Source: Narcine bancroftii
Lineage: Eukaryota
Assembly: GCF_036971445.1 (NCBI RefSeq)
Contig: NW_027211886.1
Coordinates: 5,704,001-5,768,000, forward strand
Direction: 5' to 3'
Length of the DNA: 64,000 nucleotides
Positions 36,982 through 48,776 of the stretch are shown piece by piece. Both the position numbers and the translations under genes were made by a program. Position 1 is the stretch's first letter. The number at the start of each line of letters is the position of its first letter. The notes under the pieces were generated by a model, which saw only the letters and a list, made by a program, of their open reading frames with translations, made no database searches and was not told the origin of the DNA.

Positions 36982-37859
36982 TCTTTTCTCTTTTTTTCTT
37001 TTCTTTGGCTTGGCTTCGCGGACGAAGATTTATGGAGGGGGTAAAAAGTCCACGTCAGCTGCAGGCTCGTTTGTGGCTGACAAGTCCGATGCGGGACAGG
37101 CAGACACGATTGCAGCGGTTGCAGGGGAAAATTGGTGGGTTGGGGTTGGGTGTTGGGTTTTTCCTCCTCTGCCTTTTGTCAGTGAGGTAGGCTCTGCGGT
37201 CTTCTTCAAAGGAGGTTGCTGCCCGCCAAACTGTGAGGCGCCAAGATGCACGGTTTGAGGCGATATCAGCCCACTGGCGGTGGTCAATGTGGCAGGCACC
37301 AAGAGATTTCTTTAGGCAGTCCTTGTACCTTTTCTTTGGTGCACCTCTGTCACGGTGGCCAGTGGAGAGCTCGCCATATAACACGATCTTGGGAAGGCGA
37401 TGGTCCTCCATTCTGGAGACGTGACCCATCCAGCGCAGCTGGATCTTCAGCAGCGTGGACTCGATGCTGTCGACCTCTGCCATCTCGAGTACTTCGACGT
37501 TAGGGATGTAAGCGCTCCAATGGATGTTGAGGATGGAGCGGAGACAACGCTGGTGGAAGCGTTCTAGGAGCCATAGGTGGTGCCGGTAGAGGACCCATGA
37601 TTCGGAGCCGAACAGGAGTGTGGGTATGACAACGGCTCTGTATACGCTTATCTTTGTGAGGTTTTTCAGTTGGTTGTTTTTCCAGACTCTTTTGTGTAGT
37701 CTTCCAAAGGCGCTATTTGCCTTGGCGAGTCTGTTGTCTATCTCATTGTTTGGCCTGGAAGTCAACCTGAAGAAAACTGAGGTCCTCCATCAGCCAGCTC
37801 CCCACCATGACTACCAGTCCCCCCACATCTCCATCGGGCACACAAAACTCAAAACGGTC
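36982..37859 (-). mobile_element. Young RTE-clade LINE (AviRTE-like) with 5' inversion
   Basis: ORF 37055..37765 on minus. 37749-37859 encodes upstream RTE sequence FGLEVNLKKTEVLHQPAP...KLKTV on plus. 13-bp TSD aaattattattat (36969-36981 / 37860-37872). Confidence 0.94.
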
Positions 37860-38199
37860 AAATTATTATTATAACATCACATTAAAAGGAACCTTGACTC
37901 CCCCACACATTGTCCTCACCTTGTTTCTTCAGTTATAGAATGGATCCTAGCTTACATATCTGTTCTATTGATTTTCAGTGAAAGAAAATTTACATCAGCC
38001 AAAGCTCTTTACAATTAATTAAGTGTTGTTGAATTTTAACTCCTAATATAACTTTGGAAATTAGCAGCTGAATTGGTGCAACAAAGCCATACAAATTGTA
38101 ATGTGATAATGACTAGATCTTCCATTTCAGTGATGGGTCATGGATTAAGTTTTAGCCCGAACTCACTTCCTTTATTTTTTCAAATAGCTCATAGGATCC

Positions 38200-38315
38200 C
38201 CCTGAAAGGGCAGGCAGGACTGTGGTTTGGCATGTTAGCCAGAAGGCAGGACCTCAGGAATTGCAGCACTCCCTCAGTGTTGTGCTGGACAGGTCGGCTG
38301 GACTTTGGGCACGCG
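38200..38315 (-). mobile_element. Ancient Deu-domain SINE remnant (SacSINE1/AmnSINE1-like)
   Basis: tgcagcactccctcagtgttgtgctgg...gtcggctggactttg resembles the DeuSINE core as I recall it. Confidence 0.55.
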
Positions 38316-39559
38316 GCATTAACACAGAAGCAACAGTGGTAGAGCCGTGCTTACCCTGTGGAACAATTCACGGTTTTGCACAGGATGTTCCAAAGTGAAA
38401 GCCTTCTCCTCTGAAGCTCTGAGTGAGCGGACAATGGATTCTAATAAAGGATTTGGCCCTGTAGGGTGCCACTGGCATGGTAGGGAACCAGAGTGGATGC
38501 TGCAGTTCAACCATTTCCAGATTTGGAAGTTCTGTATGTATAGATTGGTCAATCCCTTAAACTCTGGAAATTGATGGTTCCCTCAGACAAATAAGATGTT
38601 GGAAATTCCTGAAGATGAAAGGTCATGGCAACAAAGATATTTTCCATTTTTTAATACAAGACAGTGAATAGAGTTTTTGAACTGTGGCTGAGCTCTGTTG
38701 CTTTGTGCCACAGAGACCAGGCAGAAGAATTTCACCCCCATTGACGCAGATAACTCCCAACTGGAATCATGTGTCAAACCAACTAAAGCCACAAAGACAG
38801 TACCTATAGTCAATGGACAGAGGTTACTTTTGGAAACTGACCCCTTCCCCATCTCAATGCCTTGTTTTTGGCTTGTAGCCTGCTCTGTGGAGCCCACACA
38901 CTGGAACCCAGTTATTGGGTAAAATCAAAGTATTCAGTTGCACCTTAAAAGCTTCCCAATGAGAGGGCAGTCCCTCCAGACTTAGAATGACGTCATACCT
39001 GATCGTGGTCTTCCCCGAGTCAGTGCATGAGAGCATCTTGACAAGTCTTCAGATGGGGTATTGTGAAGGAGAATGTTACAGGCTAACTATGAAAGATGAA
39101 TCCTGCCTACTCAGTTGGTATATTTCCTGGTCTAATGCTGTGGTGTCCAACATAAGAAATAGATAGATATTTTAATACCACAGTAAACAACAATCTACAT
39201 TGACTTTGAAGTCACCAAATTAGACCGAAAAGAGAGGCAGCCAAAACCACTTTGTGGACAGAATTAAGTTTGTCAAATTCCAAACCTGACGATTGAGACA
39301 TCATTGGTCCAAAATCCGTTTCTGCTAAGTCAATGGATCTTTTAAATGTTTAAAATTCAAATTTATTTGCAAAAGGGTAGAAGCCAATTGAAACCTGTGC
39401 CTCACAATTATGCTGCTGTCGGTAGAGATTCTGCCAAAGTTTCAGTGACTGAAAGGCCAAGGAAATCCTCAAGCAATGTCTCCATTTAGTCGGAAGGGTT
39501 GACACGATTTGGGAGTCAAGGTAGTTGGGACTCATTACTGTTTGAAGGGCACATTTAGG

Positions 39560-40595
39560 TTGTTGGGAGTCACTATCTCAGAGGATTTTTCCTGGACCCA
39601 ACACAGCAATGGTATCATGCAGAAAACACGTCAGTGCTTCTGAAGTCGGAAACCTTGGCAAATTTCTACAGATGTGTGGTGGAAAGTGTGCTGACTGGCT
39701 GCACCATGGTCTGGTATGGGAACACCAAAACCCCTGAGCGTAAAGCCCTCCAAAAGGAAGCAGACACAGCCCAGGACATCACAGGGAAACTCTCTCCACT
39801 AATGAGTACATCTACAGGGAATATTGCCATCGGAGAGCAGTAGCAATCATCAAAGACCCTCACCACCCAGCATTTGCTCTTTTTTCACTGGTGCCATCAG
39901 GAAAGAGGTAGAGGTGCCACAAGTCTCACACCACCAGGTTCAGGAACAGCTACTACCCCTCTCCTCAACAACAAACTCAAATCAGGGACTAATTTAAGGA
40001 CTTTTACTTGTGCACTTCATTAATTTTCTTTGCTCTCTCTGTATTGCACAGTCAGTGTGTTATATTCATTATCTGTTTATAGTCCTTTTGATTGTTTACA
40101 TGTTCACACTGTGTAGTTTATTTTTTTGTACTGAAAATTACTTCAATGGTTCTCAACCTTTTTCTTTCCACTCACACACCACTTTAAGAATTCCCTACGC
40201 CGTAAGTGCTCTGTGATTAGTAATGGATTGCTTAAGATGGTATGTGGGTGGAAAGAAAAAGGTTGAAAACCACTGTTTTAATTGTCCCTAATTGACTCAT
40301 TAGGTGCATGGTTTCATAACTCCAAAGAAAATGATCCAATAACAATTTTTCTCAAGCAAAATATTTCAGTAAGAATTGGGTCTAGAGCAGTGATTCTCAA
40401 CCTTCCCTTCCCACTCACATACCACCTTAAACAATCCCTTACTAATCACAGAGCACCGATGGCAAAGGGGTTGCTTAAATTACATGTGAGTGGAAAGAAA
40501 AAGGTTGAGAACAACTGAAGTAGTTGTAATTCCACTGAAAGGAATCTCAGGGTTGTATGTGATATCATGTATGTACTCTGACAATAAATCTGAAA
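39560..40595 (+). mobile_element. Rex/Babar-like LINE 3' fragment, interrupted at 40144-40517
   Basis: NFYRCVVESVLTGCTMVWYGN...RKALQK, followed by the shared 3' UTR. Confidence 0.85.
40144..40517. mobile_element. Composite hAT (Charlie/MER5-like) MITE-spacer-MITE unit, copy 1
   Basis: Two palindromic units (40144-40275 and 40388-40517), each with CAGTGGTTCTCAACC-type TIRs; diverged 8-bp flanks aattactt/aagtagtt. Confidence 0.85.
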
Positions 40596-41559
40596 CACTG
40601 TCATTGACTGGCTGTAATTGCACATTGCAACTTCTAAACACATCCATGTATCTGATCCCTTTGACTGCTATTTGTTCTCATTTGTCTTATTTATTTGCAA
40701 AGAAGCAGGGAGCATAACTGCATGGTAAAACATAATGCAAAGCAACACAGAAATTGCACCTTCCCCCTGACCTGGGACATTGCTTGGGCTCTGGCACGTA
40801 ACGAGTTAATGGCGCTTGGCTTTCTCTCTCCACTTTAACACACCTGCAAGAACAATCCAGTAATTAAAGGTAGGCAATGCAAACTGTGACAGCTTGAACA
40901 TTAAAGACTTTGGGCCTTCCTTTCTTTCAGAGGCAGGGAGAGGGAAAACATAACCTTTGTTAGGACAGGGTTGTGCCTGTAGGGAATACTCCCCCATCCC
41001 CCTACATTTTCAGACACTGAAGTGATAGTTTTAATGGAGATTCTTGCAGCCCTTCACTTAAGCCTGTTAATGATCAACTGAGCTACATCAAAAGGGGCAG
41101 AAAATGTTCGCTGTGATCACTGGGATGCAGAGGGAATGCTTTGACTGTGACTCCTAATTTCTTATTCTACCTGCTTCCTTCCCCACAACTACCCCCACCC
41201 CTTCTTGATCAGGAACTTGATCATCAAACCTTAAGGGGGAGTTATTTGAAACATGGAGGCAACTGGGAGGAACCCTTGGTAGACCAGGTCCTTGTACCTT
41301 CCTGGAGTGATGGAGATGTTAATCCTAGCTGTTTGTAGTTCAGCACCTACACTGAACTGCCACTCCTTGGAGATAATCCCTGAGACTTCAGAAAATGAGG
41401 ACTGATCTCTCAGAGGTGCCATGGAAAATGTGTTTCCATTTTATCTCTGAAATCTTACTTTTTAGTGTTCAAGATGTCAGAAAATAGTTAGTGTCTGGCC
41501 TGGGTGTGGGTTACATTCAGGGTAACATACATGAAAACATTCAGCAATCCCAACATGAT

Positions 41560-42030
41560 CTCACCCTCACGTGCCATCCTCTCCCACACTCATACCCTCC
41601 CTCACGCGCCCACCCTTCTCCACACTCACGCCCTCCATCACACACACACCCTCTCCCACACTCAGGCGCCTACCCTCCCCCACACTCACATCCTCCCTCA
41701 CACGCATATACTCACCTGAACCCACACGCACTCCCTCACACCTACACACACTCCTTCACATGCACTCCCTTCCACTCACCCACACACACACTCCTTCATA
41801 CCCACACGCACTCCCTTCCACTCACCCACACACACATTCCCTCACACCTACACACACTCTCTCACATGCACTCCCTCACACCAACAGGCACTCTCTTCCA
41901 CTCACCCATACATACACACACACTCCCTCACAGCCACAGGCACACCCTCACACACACTCCCTTCCACTCACCCACACACACACTGCCTCACACCCACATG
42001 CACTCCCTTACACTCACCCACAAGCACTCT
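41560..42030. repeat. CA/CT-rich low-complexity tract
   Basis: Degenerate cacactcaccc units; explains the His/Pro/Thr-rich ORFs. Confidence 0.9.
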
Positions 42031-43388
42031 GTTTCTGCTACAGAGGTAAAGTTAGGCCTTTGTCTTTATTTGCAAAGGCAGGGAGGGGTTAATAAAACAT
42101 AGATGATTTTCAAAGCAAGATTGTGCATTTACATTTTGCAGAGCAGGTGGGAGATAATTTTGATGCAGCCCTGGAAGCCAGTGTATGCATTCCTGTTTGA
42201 GGAGCCAGAATACTGCAGGTACAAAGGCCATTGAGACTTCTTTGGAATCTGATGAATTTCTAATCAAGGCTATTGACAACAGAACCAGCAGGAGGAAGAG
42301 AGTTTTTCTTCTCTTTAATGAACCCGTGTTGAAAAATGAAGAGTTGCAATGGGCAGGACCTTAAAGATGAAGCAAGCCATCAGGACTATTTGAAATATAC
42401 TTTCAGAAACGCCAAACAATCTCTGTTGTAACATAGTGATTTCCATTTTCTTTTCCTTTCACGTCAAGAAACAAATGAAATACAATTTATTTTCTTTTTG
42501 TCTGTGGATACAGGCTCTTCAGCATTTAGCCTCAAGGACTGATGGAATTAGTGATCCTTGTGTGTCTGAGACTTTAACTCTTTGCTCTGACTTCCTGGTC
42601 TGTTTAGACTGGGGGGGGAGGGGGGGGGGGTGGGGGATGTGGCCTCAGAAGTTACAACATTCTCCCCTCCAGGAAGAGTCCGAGTTGCAAGAACATCACA
42701 AGGTGCAAAGTTCTCATTAGGCCTTTTTATAGTGGGAAAAAAAGCAAATGTAAAGGCGGATATTCTCTGCCTTTACATCACTTCACCTGCCTTTATTAAA
42801 ACGCCAAAGGCAGATGCTGTATGCGGATTTCGATCCGTCCAGGAGTGGGGGCTAGCCCCAGAGGTGAAGCGAGTCACTCCACCTCGCTCCATAAAAGCAA
42901 TGCAGCTGAATGCTGCACCACCCCAGGGCTCCCACGGTGATTAGAGCTGTGGTTCGGGCTCCCTCTGGCCATCCAAAATCTCCTCTTCCCATTCCCCCTC
43001 TGCTCCTTGATCCTTCACTAAGGTCGCCGAGACCAAGGAGCAGGAGGGCACTGAGAAGCCGGAGAGAGCAGGACTGGATGTGTAAGGCGAGGGGGATTGA
43101 AGGGTGTCCAGCCCGAAGGGCATGGAGGCCAGTGGGGGCAAGGAAAGTCGGAGTCTGCCGAGCTGCTGGGGACAAAGGGTGAAGGGACCCAGGTGGTGAG
43201 TTCCACGGCCCAGGAGGAAGGAGGAAAGATGCTAAGGAGTGGACACAGAGAAGCAGAGCCGGGGAGTCCAATGGACGAAAGAGGAGAGCGAAGAGCCGGG
43301 CTCAGCGTGCCGGAGGGGAAATATCGGGCAGAAGAGCAAGAAGAAGGAGCCTCAGGTTTTATAACGAGGGACCTCTTGTTGTTTTAAT

Positions 43389-43509
43389 GCGGGATCAATG
43401 GCCATCTTCATTACCCATAATCCCTCACGCAGCTGGAATTGCTTTGCATTTCCCAGAGCGGTTCCAGCTGCATGGGAGATTATGGATAACGAAGATGGCT
43501 TGTGACCGC
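43389..43509. repeat. Long inverted repeat/hairpin, copy 2, opposite orientation to copy 1
   Basis: Arms 43401-43438 / 43462-43499; the loop resembles the reverse complement of the copy-1 loop. Confidence 0.88.
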
Positions 43510-43849
43510 ACAGCGGTGGGCAGCGCTACCACATGACTCACCCCGCCTCCCTCAGTTCTGGAGTACAGCTCTCGATGCCGCTCTCCATAAAAGCAACACT
43601 GGAGCATCCTTATAGGCCTTCTCCATGAAAGGTAAGTCCACCTCTTTTTCCCTTGTTGAGCCAATTTCAATGCAGCGTCTTTCTATAAAAAGGGCTTTAG
43701 AGTTGGGGTTAGTGGAGCATGGTGTTCTTCTGTGTCAATTTCACGTACTCCTAGACACCACACGTGTTTCATAGAGCAGAAGAGTACGGGACACAAGCAG
43801 GCCTTTGGTCCACAGTGAATTTGCTGATGACAATGGCAAATTAAACCAA

Positions 43850-44325
43850 TCCCATCACCAAGCAGATGCTCCAAGTTCCTCCATTCCCTGCCTGTTATGG
43901 GCTTGCTTTACTGTCACTATTGCACTTGGTTCCACCGTTCCTGTGGCAGCCTGCTCAAGACACCTACCATACTCTACATAAAAATATGCTTGTCTTGCAC
44001 TTTTAAAATTTTTACCCTGAAAGCTGTGCCCTCTAATAACTGACACCTCTGCTCAGCGATTTTAAAAAAAAACTCTTGACCCTTTCTATGCCTCTCGTTA
44101 TTTTATAAATTTCCATTGGGTGATTTCCCAGTCTCTGGCATGCCAGAGGAAAAATCTAACATGTCCAACTTCTCCTCATAGTGAATGATCTCCAATCTTG
44201 GCAACATCCTTTGGGGTCTCTCCTGCACCCTCTCCAAATTCTCTATGTCCTTCCTGTAATGGGTGACCAGAACAATGCACAATATCCCAAATGAGGCCGG
44301 ACCAAAGATTTATACGGTTGCAGCT
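43850..44325 (-). mobile_element. Old CR1 LINE 3' fragment
   Basis: Degenerate LGxCVQFWSP / RVQ / FTxRV regions on the minus strand. Confidence 0.7.
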
Positions 44326-45198
44326 GCTTCCCCCAGGGTTCTGGTTTCCTACTGCATCCCTAAGCTTTGCTGGTAGGTGAACTGACCACTGTAAACTGCC
44401 CCTCTTTGTGTAGGTGAGTGACGATGGAATCTGTTGGAGTTGATGGGAATGTTGGGAGAATGGAATTGTATTAGTGTCAATGGGTGTTTGATGGTTGGCA
44501 GGTACACAGTGGGTCAAAAGGCCAGTTTTCCTCCTGTCCAAGTCTAAGATCCCCGTCACTGTGCTAATTCCAGTTCAGTTTAGGCTCAATGTTCCGAAAC
44601 CTTGCACTGTAGAAGTGCAAATGAATGTCAACATTGAGCTGCCACGCTTCAGAACATTGGACACATATTCTGAGTTCAGTCAACTGTCTGTGTGTCGCAA
44701 AACTGCTATTACTGTAGCATCGGTCTACTTTGTCCCACCAATTTACCAACAGGTGAATGTCGATACAACAATGCACAGGCTGGGTGCATTTCTTTTAGGC
44801 AACCTCTGATGTCCCGAGGATCTGTGGTATGAACATTGCGGGAGGACATTTTCCCACTCTAAATGCACATTGCAGCCTTTTAGGTTGGATGGGGTCTTAA
44901 GGGAACATTTTGGTTAAGTCTTCTGCCCCTGATTTGCAAACAATGATCTGAAAGGGCTTCAGATGCAACTCCTGCAGCATAACCCAGGCAGAAGGCAAAC
45001 CTGTTTTTTTTAAAACTGGTCCACCCACCTGTCTTGAGGGGACAGAGTGCCCCTCCTGCCACACCAACACCCTGCCCCCACAGCTTCCCTTTCTTGTTGT
45101 TTGTCTGAATGGAGGATGGTGTGCTACCACCTTGTGGCAAAGGCCAGCTCTCTTCATGCAGACTCAGTTGATTTAACTCTTGATCGTGAGCACTAAGG

Positions 45199-45409
45199 CA
45201 GCCATTCTCAACCATTTTTTTCAGCTAACCCCCTTGGACTCTGCTCAAAGTTTATAGCCCGTGAAGCAGTCAGGTTTTGGTGTTTTCCGCACTTCTCCTA
45301 CCGACTAAACAAAGAAAATTAAAATATTATGTTAAGTGAGGTGAAAAGAAAACAAGACTTTTACTTAAATGTGCTGAGGCCCCTGATGGGCCCTTTTTGA
45401 GAATGGCTG
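45199..45409. mobile_element. hAT-type MITE; related decayed copy at about 55155-55335
   Basis: TIRs cagccattctcaa / ttgagaatggctg; internal ggactctgc.caaagttt and gtgaagcagtca shared with the second copy. TSD not clean. Confidence 0.7.
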
Positions 45410-47067
45410 AGCTAGAGGATGCCAGCAAAACCAACAAACCGAGAAGCAACAGCGCAAGAGTAAACTAATTCTTATACAACTGTGCTTTCCTCCCACTCTG
45501 CTTAGCTATTCGCTCTGCTCTTTTCTTATGGCCTGTTCTCTTTCTTCTAGTTTATGCTGTTTAAAAAAAACTGCCAAGTGAGAGGTTGCTTATCAGTGTG
45601 ATGGCTGGGATATCTGGAACAAGCTCATAGTTAATGCTGCATCAATAAGCCTGGAAGTAATTTTCTTGTAGTTTATAGTGGGCATGACCATCTGGGATTT
45701 GCCTCCAATACACAATGATTGACAAAACAAATGCTTTATCAGTAATAACAGACAAGATACCTACTGGATTTCCTATTAACTGAGGGAAAGATGCTTTTAT
45801 TAATCATCCATACTCTACTGGTATTCATATAGCCGCTTAGAAAGTTGGAAAGCATTGTTTTAAATTCCAATAACAATGTCCTTTCACCCGAATTAAAATA
45901 ATCAAGCTTCAGATCTGAACTATCTGAACTGAAGAAAATTCAGTTCACTTTTGAATGAAATTATTAGAATAATTTGGCAACAGAGAGAATAGTTATACTT
46001 GTAAGGAACCCGATGTTAGGATGCAGTTCAGATCAAATACCAAGCCCTTTATTTCAAATTGAAAACCATTGATGTTGGACTGTAAATGGTTAAAGAAATA
46101 CTTCTTGACTCTTTTGTCTTTGAAAATGATGTACTTATCAAGGAAATTGTTGACAGCAATTCTATTTGTAATTAAAGGTGAAGTAATCCTGTTTTCTTGT
46201 TAAGCCCACTTGTGTGATTGAGGATTCTGAGCCATCATCCATATCTGCCAGATGCTAAATTTAACAATGTTGACATTGGATTTAGTGCAAATGGACAATT
46301 GGTAGTTGCTAATTGGAAAGTCAGAAGTGCCTACTTTTTACTTCAGATGACAAAAGTTGTGAGCAGAAACATGAAACCAACATCTCAGCAAGTCGTCCTA
46401 TCCATAGTCATAAAGGCTAGTGTTTGCCCTCCCAATCACTGCTGAAGCTACCTATTGGATTTTGATTCCTGTTTGCAAAGATGTCTAGGTTCTTTTAAAC
46501 AACATTATCCATTCCCTCACTATTTATAAAACACTCTGCTTTTTTTTGATTAATCATCCAACTTTTCAATTTCCACATTTATTTTCCATCTGCAATGAGT
46601 ATACCAACCCTTTCAGATTCTCTAAGACAACTGATCAATTTATTTTTTCTTCTGAGTCGTCAAGGGAACTGCAGGAAAGTGGGGCTGAGGTTAAAGATCA
46701 GCCACTCAACCATGGATGATTGTATCAGAAGGTTTAGCAGGCATGAGGAGCCAAATGGCCTATTCCTGGTCCTGTTTCTTGCATTACTGAATGAAACAAA
46801 GATGCGCGGGATGTGTAATGCTGGGTTAAACATATTTTAGTTTATCTGAATGCTCTATCAAGAGAAAATGGCAAAAAGAAACAGCAGCATTCTTCTTCAG
46901 CCTGGGAGAACCTACCAATTCAGCCTGGACTATAAAAGGGCTTCCTTCACCTGATGGGTGGATTTAACCTCATTCACTAATGTCCTTCCTTTGCCTACAG
47001 CTCCTCCGCAGGTTTACCCGGCTGGCAACAGTTAGATTACACATTAGGAAATGGAGTAATCGTTAGG

Positions 47068-47790
47068 GAACATAAGAACAGAAGAAATAGGAGCAGGAGT
47101 AGGCCATCCGGCCCATCAAGCCCAGTTTGCCTTTCAATGAGGTCATGGCTGATCTAATGATAGGCTCATCTCCACCTACCTGCCTTTTCCCATGTCTTGT
47201 AATTCCCCTACTTTGTTAAGTATATTCGGTGAGATAGCCTCCACTGCTTCAATCGGCAGGGAATTCCATAGATAACAACTCTTCTGCGGGAAAAAAAATT
47301 CTTTCTTATCTCCATCTTAAATTTACTACCCTGGATCTTGAGGCAATGTCCCCTAGTTCTGGTCTCCCCTACCAATGGGAACAACTTACCTATCTCTACC
47401 TTATCTATGCCTTTTCATAATTTTATGTTTCTTTGAGATCCCCTCTCATTCTTCTAAATTCAAGTGAGCACAACCCCAGATGACACGATGTCTTCTCATA
47501 GGCTAACCCCTTCATCTCTGGAATCAACCAGGTGAACCACCTCTGCACCACCTCCAAAGCCAGTACATCCTTCCTCAAGTAAGGAGACCAGAACTACACA
47601 TAGTACTCCAGATGCTCCCTCACCAGTACTTTGTACAATTGCAGCATGACCTCCCTGCTCCAAAATTAAATCCCTCTAGCAACAAAGGCCAACATTGCAT
47701 TTGCCTTCATGATCGCCTGCTGCATCTGCAAACCAACCTTTTGCAATTCATTCGCAAGCACTCCCAAGCCATTCTGCATGGCAACATGCT
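47068..47790 (-). mobile_element. CR1 LINE 3' fragment
   Basis: gaacataagaacagaagaaataggagcaggagtaggcc tail; minus-strand LEYYVxFWSPYLRKD. Confidence 0.85.
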
Positions 47791-48776
47791 GCAATGGAAG
47801 GAACAGTCCAAAGCACTATTGAAGTGGAAACTGGGCCTCGGCATGCCCTCTTGGGATTCAATGTGCCACTACATTTTTGGTCTTTCCCACCAGCGGGTGC
47901 GTGCACAGAACTGCCCCATTTGGCATGGAAGTGGGATCCCAAGAGAGTATGGAGCCAACAATCCCACTTGAACAGCAAAACCCAGTGGCATTTTATTTCC
48001 ATGAGTATCTTCAGAATCAGAGCAAGTATTCTGCATTGAATCAGAAAATGTGGTTTGAGTTAACAGATCAAAAATCATAATCTGGGCTTGGACGACCCGC
48101 ACCATCACCTGGCAAGAACCGAGCAAAGTACCTGCATCTAGTTTACAGTAGCCCTTTGATGCTGCCAGACGATGGGGTGCCTTGTATGGTCAGGATTTGC
48201 AAGCAGACTTCTTGACTTTTCAAATGCATGATGTGTGGTGACAAACTTAATTTAAGATAAGCAGCCCAGTTGAAAGTCTTAACCCTTAGAGTGGAAAGCA
48301 GTTTGTTTCCATAATTGAATGGAGTTGTAGATCTTAGGTTGAAATTGTGACCCATCCCAAGAGTAACTGGGGCAAAAAAAATACAAGGCCCAGTGAATGT
48401 GAACAAAACATATCACAAATGGATACATTGGCCACCAATACTAATCAAAAATATTTATCTTTCAGCTCGTATTTTTCTCTCTTGATATATGCACAGCACA
48501 GTCAGGAATTTAGTAGCAAACACCAGATTCAAGGTTAGGATTTTGTTGATCTCTGTCAATAAAATTGATCACATAGGTTGTGGATGGGGAAGTGGGGATG
48601 AGTGGGGAGTGAGGACTGAGGGGTCAGTGGGGGGGGGGGGCAATAATCTGGTTCACTTTCTGGTAACCCCTGCTGAAAATAAAATTAATAAATACTTCTC
48701 AGACACACATTGTAACACTTTGTGCCAAATACGTTCTCTCATGTCTGCATGCAAAACAAATTACTCAGAGATATTA

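Noticed and set aside
41491-42102. 203-aa His/Pro-rich ORF
   Set aside because: Low-complexity CA-rich DNA.
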